From positions 2,336,001 to 2,400,000 of the forward strand of contig OY769902.1 in the NCBI GenBank assembly GCA_963669175.1: a DNA stretch of 64,000 nucleotides. Reading direction: 5' to 3'. The notes under the pieces were generated by a model. It saw nothing but the letters and a program-made list of their open reading frames with translations. It searched no databases and was not told where the DNA came from. The DNA is from a bacterium (GTDB lineage Bacteria; Electryoneota; Electryoneia; Electryoneales; Electryoneaceae). Position 1 is the stretch's first letter, and each line of letters begins with the position of its first letter. The position numbers and the translations under genes were made by a program. Positions 1-9,174 of this stretch are shown in pieces.

Positions 1-169
1 AAATCGGGTGTATCGACACGCTGCCTTCATCAATGAAATAAAGGCCTTCAGGCTGATCTCCGGCTTCAAACAACGTGTCGCCAGCATTGAACTGGAAGGG
101 TCGCATGGATTCTTCTACCCATTGACGACTTTTTTCACTCACTCCCCTGAAAACAGGATGGAGCTTCAT
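1..169 (-). CDS. Cyclic-nucleotide-binding (Crp/cNMP) domain protein, 5' part only; runs off the window edge
   Basis: Manual translation from ATG at 169, with RBS GGGAGG upstream: MKLHPVFRGVSEKSRQWVEESMRPFQFNAGDTLFEAGDQPEGLYFIDEGSVSIHPI. This fits the cNMP-domain pattern F..G..LF..GD....LY.I..G.V. Not in the ORF track because it is truncated. Confidence 0.8.
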   Translation of the reverse strand, partial: MKLHPVFRGVSEKSRQWVEESMRPFQFNAGDTLFEAGDQPEGLYFIDEGSVSIHPI

Positions 170-437
170 TTTACTGCCTCCCTTCTATCCACCCGATTGA
201 TCGTAAAAATATCACCCATTTGAAAGTAGTTTCTTATAAATGTACGTATTATGTTGTAAATCACAAAGCGCTTGTGAAATAGAGCATACAATCTCGACAT
301 CTAACTGTTCGCTATTTCGAGAGAATTGTCAGGTAGTATGGTTGATGTGATATCCGAAAAAACAATTACCTTGCAAAGTTCTCGATGATTTACCTGTTGT
401 ATGCCGTCTTCATTTGCACCTTGATACAGGGGAGAAC

Positions 438-1961
438 ATGCGAACCAGTGAGTGGATATTTCTTGCTTTGGGGCCTGTACTGGGGGGGCTGGTCTATTTT
501 CTGATGCCTGTGAATCCCGACCAGCCACTCGTGGCATTTACAGCGGGGGTGGCAGTATGGATGGGCGTGTGGTGGCTCACAGAAGCTGTGCCCTTGCCTG
601 TGACTTCCCTGCTTCCTCTCGTCTTTTTCCCCCTGTTGGGCGTCATGAAATCTAAAGCGGTGGCTTCTCTGTATATGAATGACACGGTATTCCTTTTCAT
701 TGGCGGGTTTATTGTCGCATTGGCTATGGAAAAATGGAATCTGCACCGTCGAATAGCAATCCTGGTTGTATTGGCTATCGGTGGTGGGGCGAAGCGGACC
801 CTTTTCGGTTTCATGTTGGCAACTGCCCTGCTGTCCATGTGGATTTCCAATACTGCTACTGCGATGATGATGATTCCCATCGCTATGGCTGTATTAAAAC
901 GATATGAAGAACTGGTGGAATCCAGTGAGGCTTCCCTGTTGTCCGTGGGGCTGCTGCTGGGAATTGCCTATTCCGCATCCATCGGGGGCATGGGAACACT
1001 TGTCGGCACACCGCCCAACCTCGCCTTTGCCCAGATTTACCACCAGACTTTTCCAAACGCGCCGGATGTTTCCTTTGCGGAGTGGATGTTTTTTGCTGCG
1101 CCATTGACTGTGCTCATGCTTTTCGCAACGTGGGGTGTATTATCCATGCTGTATATGCGAAAGGTGAAGTATGTCGGCGCCACACGTGCTGTTTTTCAGG
1201 ATGAATTGAAGAAACTGGGAAAAACAGGTTTCGAAGAAAAGGTGGTGCTTATTGTATTTGTAATTCTGGCATTGTTATGGATTACCAGAAAACCGTTGGA
1301 ATTTGGCTCATTGGTCATTCCCGGTTGGTCTTCACTGTTATCGCAACCAAAGTATATTGGTGATGGGACTGTTGCCATGATGATGGCGATCATACTGTTC
1401 CTGATTCCCAGCAAACAGGGTGAAGGAAAAAAAGCGCATATCATGGACTGGGAAACTGTACGTGGTCTGCCTTGGGGGATTGTACTGCTCTTTGGCGGAG
1501 GTTTTGCCCTGGCGGGCGCGATATCGGAAAGTGGCTTGTCATTGTGGATTGGCGAGAGGTTGAATAACCTGTCTGCCTTATCGCCTGTAGCAACTACTGG
1601 AGCTATTTGCACCCTGATGACGTTTCTGACTGAGCTGACGTCAAATACTGCGACGACGCAAATGGCGTTGCCGATTCTTGCGGCCACGGCTGTCGCGATT
1701 GGGCGTAATCCTATTCTGCTGATGGTGCCTGCGACCCTGTCCGCTTCCTGTGCATTCATGATGCCGGTAGCCACTCCGCCCAATGCGATTATCTTCGGAA
1801 CCGGACGGATTCGCGTTGCCCAGATGGCGAAAACAGGTATTATGCTGAACCTGGTTGGGGTGATAATTATTACACTATGGGTTAGTGTTGCGGGAACGAT
1901 GCTGCTCGAAGAAGAACGAAAAGCGCCATCTGTAGCGACGGAAGTCCCTGTTGTACCATAG
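438..1961 (+). CDS. DASS/SLC13 family sodium:dicarboxylate (or sulfate) symporter
   Basis: Motifs LSMWISNTATA, GTLVGTPPN, TELTSNTAT and PVATPPNAI; many TM segments. Start moved to ATG 438 after GGAG. Confidence 0.93.
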   Translation: MRTSEWIFLALGPVLGGLVYFLMPVNPDQPLVAFTAGVAVWMGVWWLTEAVPLPVTSLLPLVFFPLLGVMKSKAVASLYMNDTVFLFIGGFIVALAMEKWNLHRRIAILVVLAIGGGAKRTLFGFMLATALLSMWISNTATAMMMIPIAMAVLKRYEELVESSEASLLSVGLLLGIAYSASIGGMGTLVGTPPNLAFAQIYHQTFPNAPDVSFAEWMFFAAPLTVLMLFATWGVLSMLYMRKVKYVGATRAVFQDELKKLGKTGFEEKVVLIVFVILALLWITRKPLEFGSLVIPGWSSLLSQPKYIGDGTVAMMMAIILFLIPSKQGEGKKAHIMDWETVRGLPWGIVLLFGGGFALAGAISESGLSLWIGERLNNLSALSPVATTGAICTLMTFLTELTSNTATTQMALPILAATAVAIGRNPILLMVPATLSASCAFMMPVATPPNAIIFGTGRIRVAQMAKTGIMLNLVGVIIITLWVSVAGTMLLEEERKAPSVATEVPVVP

Positions 1962-1979
1962 GTTGGAATGGCTTTGCTT

Positions 1980-3164
1980 TTAATACGTTCGCAATGCTGG
2001 AATCGCGTTCAGAAGGTATCCCGGATTGGTCAGGAAGGCACGAATGACGATTCCTATGAACGTACGTTTCTCCATCGGAATCTTCTGAATTCTACGCGCC
2101 AGCTTGTTCAGCTTTTCATCTTTCTGTTCCAGGGATGCATCCCGCATTCTTCGCAGCCTGTCATGCGTCTTACCAAAACTATTCCTTATTGCCGCGGCAT
2201 ATTGCGCATAGTATTCTGTGCTATTCGTATTTGAGTTTATCGCTTTGGCTGCATACTGACCGGCCAGGTAACCGGCTTCCAGAGCTGTGCCAATTCCCGC
2301 ACCTGTCAGTGGCGCGCAATGCCAGGCCGCGTCACCGGCAAGCAGTAAACCTTCCTTATACGGTTCTTTCAGGGGAGGAGCCTGTGGCACACCGCCTGCG
2401 TGTTGTTCCAGAATGTTGGCGTCCGGGAACAATTTACGCAGGAATGTCTCCGCCATTCGCCTGGTCTTGCCGGGGGCATTCCGTGATGCCAGAACACCCA
2501 ACCCGATATTGGCTTTTCGATACCCGAGAGGGAATACCCAGGCGTAACCATAAGGGGCGATCCGGCTTCCCCAGTAGAAATGAGGAGCAAGTTCATCGAT
2601 ATCAACATTATCCGCGATGAAGAACCACGTGTTGGCCAGCTCATCATTTGACAGGGGGCCATGAAGCCCGGCCCAACGTCCCACCTGGGAATCAATCCCA
2701 TCCGCCCCAATGACCAGTTTGGAAGAAACTGTGATTTCTCCACTGTCATCTGTTCGAAGGTGAACGCCGGTGACACGCTCATTTTCCATTGTCAAGCCGG
2801 TCACCACAGTTCCGGTCGCCAGTTCTGCCCCGGCTTCAACAGCTTCGTTGGCCAGGTCATGATCCATACGGTCACGGTGCAGCAGCAGGCCGTATTCCGT
2901 ATCCGATGCCAGTCGAACCGGGGTTCCATCCGGGGCGTGGAGGACAGCCTGTTGCACACGATGGGCGACCCATTCCTCGCGAATTGTCGCGTAGGGTTCG
3001 ATGAACTGCTGACGTGAAGCGCCACCGCAGCGTTGTGGGTAACCGACGACAGGTTTTCGTTCAACGAGAAGAGTTTTTACGCCACACTTTGCCATTTCTC
3101 GTGCGGCAACGCTACCGGCCAAGCCGGCGCCTACGACGATCACATCATAAGAGGAGGCTATCAT
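1980..3164 (-). CDS. Geranylgeranyl reductase family FAD-dependent oxidoreductase (DGGGPL-reductase-like)
   Basis: GAGLAG dinucleotide fold, PQRCGG (conserved Cys), IGADG, PYGYAWVFP (PxxYxWxFP), LAGDAA...PLTGAGI. ATG 3164 overlaps the ferredoxin stop codon (ATGA). Confidence 0.9.
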   Translation of the reverse strand: MIASSYDVIVVGAGLAGSVAAREMAKCGVKTLLVERKPVVGYPQRCGGASRQQFIEPYATIREEWVAHRVQQAVLHAPDGTPVRLASDTEYGLLLHRDRMDHDLANEAVEAGAELATGTVVTGLTMENERVTGVHLRTDDSGEITVSSKLVIGADGIDSQVGRWAGLHGPLSNDELANTWFFIADNVDIDELAPHFYWGSRIAPYGYAWVFPLGYRKANIGLGVLASRNAPGKTRRMAETFLRKLFPDANILEQHAGGVPQAPPLKEPYKEGLLLAGDAAWHCAPLTGAGIGTALEAGYLAGQYAAKAINSNTNSTEYYAQYAAAIRNSFGKTHDRLRRMRDASLEQKDEKLNKLARRIQKIPMEKRTFIGIVIRAFLTNPGYLLNAIPALRTY

Positions 3165-3352
3165 TTCTCCTCCAGCGTCAATGCGGCCGTAGGACAGGCA
3201 GGAAAGCAGATCTGGCAATGAATACACAGATTCTGGGCTACCTGGAGAATTTCGTTTTCAATCCACAGAGCCATTTCCGGACAGACGGCAACACAACAAC
3301 CGCACTGATCGCACAGGTCGTGGTTAATGTGAAGGTGACGGGTTTGTGACAT
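3161..3352 (-). CDS. 2[4Fe-4S] ferredoxin
   Basis: Two CxxCxxCxxxCP motifs (CDQCGCCVAVCP; CIHCQICFPACP); translationally coupled to the GGR gene. Confidence 0.9.
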   Translation of the reverse strand: MSQTRHLHINHDLCDQCGCCVAVCPEMALWIENEILQVAQNLCIHCQICFPACPTAALTLEEK

Positions 3353-3433
3353 GTTTACAACCTTGTTACCACAAGAGGAAAATCCGTTCAACTTGTAAAT
3401 AACTCTCTCGACTTGTCAAGTACGCACTATTTA

Positions 3434-3582
3434 AAACGCTTCGTTGATACTGAAACGCATCGTTGATACTGAAACGCTTCGTTGATACCGAAACGCTTCG
3501 TTGATACTGAAACGCTTCGTTGATACTGAAACGCATCGTTGATACTGAAACGCATCGTTGATACTGAAATGCAGCGTTGCTA
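3434..3582. repeat. Tandem repeat, 7 full copies plus 1 degenerate copy of a 19-bp unit AAACGC(T/A)TCGTTGATAC(T/C)G
   Basis: Units start at 3434, 3453, 3472, 3491, 3510, 3529 and 3548, with a partial unit at 3567; no spacers. Confidence 0.95.
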
Positions 3583-3583
3583 T

Positions 3584-3657
3584 TAGCCTGCTTCAGCAGG
3601 CTCTTTTTAGCACCCGGCTGAAGCCGGGTGCTAAAAAGAGCAGGCTTAAGCCTGCTA
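3584..3657. repeat. REP-like triple palindrome; possible bidirectional terminator
   Basis: Perfect inverted repeat gctctttttagcacccggct/agccgggtgctaaaaagagc (3600-3641), flanked by two small agcctgc/gcaggct hairpins. Confidence 0.75.
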
Positions 3658-3952
3658 AATCGGCATATAATCGTTCTCGAAAGATATGTCTTTTGTTGTC
3701 GAAGTCAGATTAGTATTCAACGGTTTGATGCCAAACTCACACTTCTCTGATACGACATTATTTTCAAAACAGGCTATCGTATTACTGAACTTCAAGACTG
3801 ATTCGGAATAGAGAAGACAATTCCAGCTTGATCTCTTTTTTTAATTGGATTCTGACAATATACGATTCACACAAAACAGGTACAAAACACCCCATTACCC
3901 GTTCAAAGGAACGGGTAATGGGGAATGGGATCGCTTGTATGAGAAACCGCAA

Positions 3953-4456
3953 TCAGGCTTCGATTCCCAGGCGTTTCCGGGTGAAGGGAATCAGGCCGCC
4001 GGCGTCGATAATGCCGAAGAAGAAATCGTTGAACGGCGGGAAGGAGAAGCTTCCTTTAGCACCTTTAATCTCACCCTTTTCAAAATCGATTTCGATCTCA
4101 TCGCCATGTTCAAACGCATCAATGGCTTTCTTGCAGGTAATCAACGGCAGCCCTACGTTGACGCCGTTCCGGAAATAGATTCGTGAGAAGCTGGGCGCTA
4201 TCACCGCACCGACGCCTTTCACTTTCAGGCAGACAGCAGCCTGTTCACGACTTGATCCGCACCCGAAATTCTTTCCCGCGATGATCACATCGTTTTTCTG
4301 CACCTTCCCGGCGAACTCCGGGTCCAGGTCTTCCATGGCGTGCTCACCCATCTCAGCCGGATCGTTCACGGTATAGGTGTACTTGCCCGGAAAGATGACG
4401 TCAGTGTTCACGTCTTCGCCGTACTTCCACACACGGCCTTTTATCTTCTTTTCCAT
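3953..4456 (-). CDS. 3-isopropylmalate dehydratase/homoaconitase small subunit (LeuD/HacB/DmdB type)
   Basis: GRVWKYGEDVNTDVIFPGKY, AGKNFGCGSSREQA, SFSRIYFRNGVNVGLP; short archaeal/Thermotoga-type subunit. Substrate not determinable from sequence. Confidence 0.92.
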   Translation of the reverse strand: MEKKIKGRVWKYGEDVNTDVIFPGKYTYTVNDPAEMGEHAMEDLDPEFAGKVQKNDVIIAGKNFGCGSSREQAAVCLKVKGVGAVIAPSFSRIYFRNGVNVGLPLITCKKAIDAFEHGDEIEIDFEKGEIKGAKGSFSFPPFNDFFFGIIDAGGLIPFTRKRLGIEA

Positions 4457-4490
4457 CGTTGCCTCGCTTTCTCGCTGACGCACATACAGC

Positions 4491-4623
4491 TTAACAGGAT
4501 GTTAGGATAATAGGATGAAACAGGATAAAAATGCTTTGAGTACATAAATCTGTAATTTGTCAATCTATTAACAAATAAGTCGTTATCCTTATAATCCTTC
4601 TATCCTATCATCCTGTGAGTCAG
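4491..4623. repeat. AGGAT/ATCCT-type MITE-like inverted element, copy 1
   Basis: Left arm has iterated AGGAT (acaggatgttaggataataggatgaaacaggat). Right arm has iterated ATCCT ending tatcctatcatcctgtgagtcag, identical to 26220-26242. Confidence 0.8.
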
Positions 4624-4626
4624 TTT

Positions 4627-5928
4627 TTACTTTTCTGTTTTTGCGATAATGTCCTGAACCTTTTCCATGTCGATCTCGACTTCTCGCGGATCAGCGATAC
4701 ACCCCTTCAAAGCGCTGACCGCACAAGTATGGGGACTGGCCAGGAAGACTTCCGAGTCACGGTTGCCCATACGTCCTTTGAAGTTACGGTTCGCTGTGGA
4801 CAGCACCTTTTCCCCGGTTGCCGGTACGCCAAGATGATTGCCCATACACGGACCGCAGCCCGGGGTGGCAATGGAGGCGCCTGCTTCCATCAGGTCGGTC
4901 AGGATACCCAACGCACTTGCCTGAATCATGATCCGACGGCTGGCCGGGATGACGATCAGGCGCAGGCTGGGATCGACCTTCTTGCCGCGAAGCACCTCGG
5001 CGGCGATGATCAGGTCATCAATACGGGCGTTGGTGCAGGTGCCGATAAAGACCTGTTCCAACGATTCACCAGCGATATCAGTCACTTTGTGGACATTATC
5101 CACGGTATGCGGACAGGCTACATTCGGCTCGAGGTCGTCAAACTGGATCTCGGTGACCGATTCATACTCGGCATCCATGTCTGAGAAAACCGGTTCGTAA
5201 TTGCTCTTGGCACGGCCTTCCAGGTAATCGTAAACGATTTGATCCGGGGGAACGTAGCCGATCTTGGCGCCCATCTCGACCGCCATGTTGCACAGGGTCA
5301 TACGTTCGGACACGCTCAACAGATGTGCAGCAGGACCGTCAAACTCCATGGCACGATACAACGCGCCATCCGCTTTGATCATGCCCAGAATCTCAAGCGC
5401 CAGGTCCTTGGCATAGACGCCGGCAGGGAAATCACCGTGGAATAGGAAACGCATGGTTTCGGGGACACGGAACCAGATTTTCCCTGTCGCCATGATCACC
5501 GCCGTTTCGCTACGGGTAGCTGCTGTGCCAAACGCGCCAAACGCGCCATAGGTGGTGGTATGCGAGTCACTCCCGGTCATGATGATACCGGGCAGGCAGT
5601 GGCCGTTTTCTGCAAGAATCTGGTGACAGATACCGTTGTTGGTATCGTAGAAATACTGAATGCCCTGCTTCTTGACGAATTCACGGACCGTCTTGTGGTT
5701 CTCGGCGAAAGTAGCGTTGGCCGGTGGTACACAATGATCCAGCACGATCACATGCCGGTCAGGATCATCCACCTTGTCCACACCGATCTTTTCGAAGGTC
5801 TTGCTGATCGCCGCGGTGTTGTCATGGGACATGGATACGTCCGGCGACACCTCAACAATTTCGCCCTCCAGAACCGTCTCCTTCCCTGCATACTTCGCAA
5901 GGACTTTCTGCGCAAAAGTCTGGGGCAT
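4627..5928 (-). CDS. 3-isopropylmalate dehydratase/homoaconitase large subunit (LeuC/HacA/DmdA type)
   Basis: MSHDN, DH, GICHQ, GSDSHT, GTCTN and PGCGPCMG (three Fe-S Cys), STANRNFKGRMG, LASP. Start at ATG 5928 after GGGAG. Confidence 0.93.
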   Translation of the reverse strand: MPQTFAQKVLAKYAGKETVLEGEIVEVSPDVSMSHDNTAAISKTFEKIGVDKVDDPDRHVIVLDHCVPPANATFAENHKTVREFVKKQGIQYFYDTNNGICHQILAENGHCLPGIIMTGSDSHTTTYGAFGAFGTAATRSETAVIMATGKIWFRVPETMRFLFHGDFPAGVYAKDLALEILGMIKADGALYRAMEFDGPAAHLLSVSERMTLCNMAVEMGAKIGYVPPDQIVYDYLEGRAKSNYEPVFSDMDAEYESVTEIQFDDLEPNVACPHTVDNVHKVTDIAGESLEQVFIGTCTNARIDDLIIAAEVLRGKKVDPSLRLIVIPASRRIMIQASALGILTDLMEAGASIATPGCGPCMGNHLGVPATGEKVLSTANRNFKGRMGNRDSEVFLASPHTCAVSALKGCIADPREVEIDMEKVQDIIAKTEK

Positions 5929-6301
5929 ACGTAGCTCCCCTCTGTATGGTTTTTTGTGTATGTACGATCTGAAGTTGTAAATGTACAAAATGAAACGACG
6001 TATGAGTAGAGGGGACTGACGGTTGGGGCAGGGGAGGCTGTGCTGAGTTCCGCGGTCCATGTAATTTTGTCTACCATCGACATCGTGGTAAACAATACAA
6101 CATGGGCTGCAAAAGGTATAGGATCACGGAGTTCTTAATGTAATCTCCTGCTTTCTGTTTTATGGCGAGCATGTCTGAATGGCAAGCGTCTCCCTTAGCT
6201 CTTGAATATGAGAATAATGCTACTATTTCGAGATTTACTTGCTATTTCGAATTTTCACTCATAGTTTATCTTTGCAGACTTCTAATTGATCGGAGGTTAT
6301 C

Positions 6302-9106
6302 ATGCGTACTTTGTGCCCTTGTCTGTTGTTGGCTATCCTTATCGGCCTTTCTCTGTTGGCCAGTTTCCCCAATTTGTCTTCCGCGCAACGCATGTGGTCC
6401 GAAAACGGGCAGGTGCTTGCTGAACATCCTAGATGGGGGGATTCAGATACGTTTCCTACCTGCGATGATGGACATATTTTGCTGGTGAGAACTACTTCAC
6501 CCTATCCCTGGCATACAATAGGGTGTTGGGTTGAGCTACGGTATGATGAGGATGGGGATTTTGTTGATAGCCTTCGTTATCCGCCCGAAGTTCTGGAATC
6601 TGAAATTCTATTCTGGAACGATTTGCCTGATGGGACAAGGATACTATGTACGTATTCAAACACTGACGCTGCTAGAATTCACCTGAATCGAATCGATGCT
6701 GACGGTAACATGGAATGGCGCTATACAAGTCCATATTTAACAGAAATCAATCTTTCGTTCAGGACAAAGCTTGTTTACCTGGATGACTATTTTGTACTGA
6801 TACATAATTCACTTGGAGTAGATACACACATAATATGGTTGAATCCTGAAAGTGGGGAAACTATTACTCATTACATGATAGAGGGATTATATAGTGATGT
6901 GTATGATTATAGAATAAGGGATGATAATAGCATAGATCATTTATCAGTAACTTTAAATGAGGATGATTCAACATTTACAATAAGACAACATAATTTAACA
7001 CTTAATGATATAACACTAAATGAAACATACGTAGGACAAGGCAGATACTTGAAGGATATATGGTATCGAAATGGGTTGCCATCTCTTCTCTTCAGACATA
7101 TTACTAATAATGTGGGAAGTGGCGATGTGTGCTACATGCAACTGGATGAAGATTTTAACTTCAGTTGGGAAGAACAACTGGCAGAATTAGGCGGTTTTGT
7201 TTGCCACAATTATGCTTCAGACGATGTGTGGTTGAGCTTGGGTGATGGATCAATGCGGTATCAAATAATGTCAGCTGATGTTGAAGAATGTTATTCCGAA
7301 CCGGTTTCTCCTAATTTTAGACGGCCTGATTTACACGCTTTTGATGACCACAGGATGATATCAGAGGTGTTCTTATCCAATGATGTAAGGATGATATCGC
7401 CCAGTGGTGCTACGATTTGGACCAGGGATGATATCGCCTATGGGAACAGGAATTTCTTCACTGATACGAGGTTGTTTGCGTACCATTATAACGCCGGACC
7501 GGGATCAAGAAATGTGTACAGGCTCAGCAATGGCACACTTGTATCAACCAGTGCGGCTTTCTATGATCCAGATAACACTGATATAGAACGTTATTGGATT
7601 GTGAATGGTCTCGATGGCAATGACTGGATTGTCTGGCATCTTGAAAACGATGAACTGGAACAAAGCGACTACTACCGTGCTGCCAGATTCAATCGCAGCA
7701 CATTCCCTGCAGATTCAGTTGAACAGATTGATCTCGATTTTTACGGTTCTTCAACTTACTACAATTCGATTTTTCCTGATGGAAACGATGGTCTCCTGGT
7801 ACTGGGTTTAGACAATGTTCACTTGAACAGTGATGGCGAGATGCTGACAGATGATCCGGTTCAGCATGATAATGCCTATTACGTTCGCTATAAAGTAGAC
7901 TGGGTAGGGGAACCCGATGATGATGGTTTATATCCGATTATAGAATCCTATTATGAACATATCATGGGCTACCCGGTTCATGTGGATCTCACCTATATAG
8001 ATCAGGAATTGAATAGTATAGATTCCACAATATCGCTTGTTCAGACAGATTTAACTGTTTTTACACCGATGAATATGGAAACCTGCAAAGTCGGCAACAG
8101 GCTTTATTTCGGCTATACGATCAACCACAATTACTTTACTCCCTATGCGGGCTATTGTGATATGGATGAGGGAACAGTGTCCTTTTTCAACTTGTCTCAC
8201 CCGGGTGGGGTTGTTCACTATCATTATGCTGACCCTTACCTCTATGCGGTGACCTTTCACTTCGAAGATGAACTCAGGCATGATGAAGGCCAAGGTCCTC
8301 TATACCTTGAAATAAGGGATATGAGGACTTCTGAAGGTCCAGTCGAGATTCCGCTTGTAAACGAAATACATATGGGAATCCATTCCTATAATCCTGAATA
8401 TATCGATTACCAGTCTTTTGCCCATTTTGAGGACAATTCATTCTATCTGACCTGTTTCAACGCTGAAGATGGTCAGTGGCAGATCGCAGAATACAACTAC
8501 TTTGGCGAACTGGTAGCAGGCCCGGTCGATCTGGGAAGTGAATTTGACAGCCCTGTCATTGGTTTGTACGCTGTCGAAGATTATGGATTCTGGGTGGCAA
8601 TGCAGGGGAAAGTGTATGCTTTTGATCGTGACCTGAACCTGGTTGATGGATGCAGTGGATTATCTTTCACGGACGATTCGCGGTATCAGGTTTACAATGC
8701 GAAGAGCCTGCTCGCTGAGAACAACGACCTCATCGTTGCCTGGCAATTTGAAAACGCGATCCTGACACAACGGTTTTCCTCTCAGGTTTTCGACTATCTG
8801 GCTGTTGCAGAGAGAACAGTACTTCCTGCTCAATTCACCCTTGCCGCCCCCTGGCCGAACCCGTTCAACTCGACCACGCGCTTGCGTTATTCGCTGCCTC
8901 ATGCCGGTGAGGTACGGCTGGCGGTGTATGATATCCTCGGACGGCAAGTGCGTGAACTGGCCAACGCCACCCAACAGGCAGGGCAGTATGAGGTTCACTG
9001 GGATGGCTGTAGCGATGCCGGGATCGGGGTGGCGTCGGGAGTATATTTCGTACGGGCTGAACTGGGTGAACAACAGCTTGTAAAAAAAGTAATGCTGGTG
9101 AAATAA
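6302..9106 (+). CDS. Large secreted protein with signal peptide and T9SS type-A/FlgD-Ig C-terminal domain, paralog 1
   Basis: RBS GGAGG, hydrophobic signal peptide ending SSA-Q, acidic aromatic beta-rich core, C-terminal WPNPFNSTT...YDILGR...WDG...ASGVYF...LVK. Confidence 0.85.
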   Translation: MRTLCPCLLLAILIGLSLLASFPNLSSAQRMWSENGQVLAEHPRWGDSDTFPTCDDGHILLVRTTSPYPWHTIGCWVELRYDEDGDFVDSLRYPPEVLESEILFWNDLPDGTRILCTYSNTDAARIHLNRIDADGNMEWRYTSPYLTEINLSFRTKLVYLDDYFVLIHNSLGVDTHIIWLNPESGETITHYMIEGLYSDVYDYRIRDDNSIDHLSVTLNEDDSTFTIRQHNLTLNDITLNETYVGQGRYLKDIWYRNGLPSLLFRHITNNVGSGDVCYMQLDEDFNFSWEEQLAELGGFVCHNYASDDVWLSLGDGSMRYQIMSADVEECYSEPVSPNFRRPDLHAFDDHRMISEVFLSNDVRMISPSGATIWTRDDIAYGNRNFFTDTRLFAYHYNAGPGSRNVYRLSNGTLVSTSAAFYDPDNTDIERYWIVNGLDGNDWIVWHLENDELEQSDYYRAARFNRSTFPADSVEQIDLDFYGSSTYYNSIFPDGNDGLLVLGLDNVHLNSDGEMLTDDPVQHDNAYYVRYKVDWVGEPDDDGLYPIIESYYEHIMGYPVHVDLTYIDQELNSIDSTISLVQTDLTVFTPMNMETCKVGNRLYFGYTINHNYFTPYAGYCDMDEGTVSFFNLSHPGGVVHYHYADPYLYAVTFHFEDELRHDEGQGPLYLEIRDMRTSEGPVEIPLVNEIHMGIHSYNPEYIDYQSFAHFEDNSFYLTCFNAEDGQWQIAEYNYFGELVAGPVDLGSEFDSPVIGLYAVEDYGFWVAMQGKVYAFDRDLNLVDGCSGLSFTDDSRYQVYNAKSLLAENNDLIVAWQFENAILTQRFSSQVFDYLAVAERTVLPAQFTLAAPWPNPFNSTTRLRYSLPHAGEVRLAVYDILGRQVRELANATQQAGQYEVHWDGCSDAGIGVASGVYFVRAELGEQQLVKKVMLVK
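8819..9106 (+). repeat. ~290-bp C-terminal cassette, copy 1 of 3
   Basis: About 92% nt identical to 11671-11958 (23 mismatches in 288 by manual count) and similar to 14563-14835. Confidence 0.95.
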
Positions 9107-9174
9107 GGAAGACATTTGAACAAGTAGTCATTTTTCTTCATACAGAATACTGAATATCCGGAAATGGGGGGAGT

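Noticed and set aside
8-223. 71-aa + strand ORF
   Set aside because: The real gene is on the - strand (cNMP-binding domain starting at 169).
260-279. Palindrome tcacaaagcgcttgtga as a CRP or Rex site
   Set aside because: The half-sites are in the inverted order relative to CRP/Rex consensus; it could be another operator but cannot be assigned.
3434-3582. CRISPR array
   Set aside because: Units are directly head-to-tail with no unique spacers, only 19 bp long, and there are no cas genes in the window.
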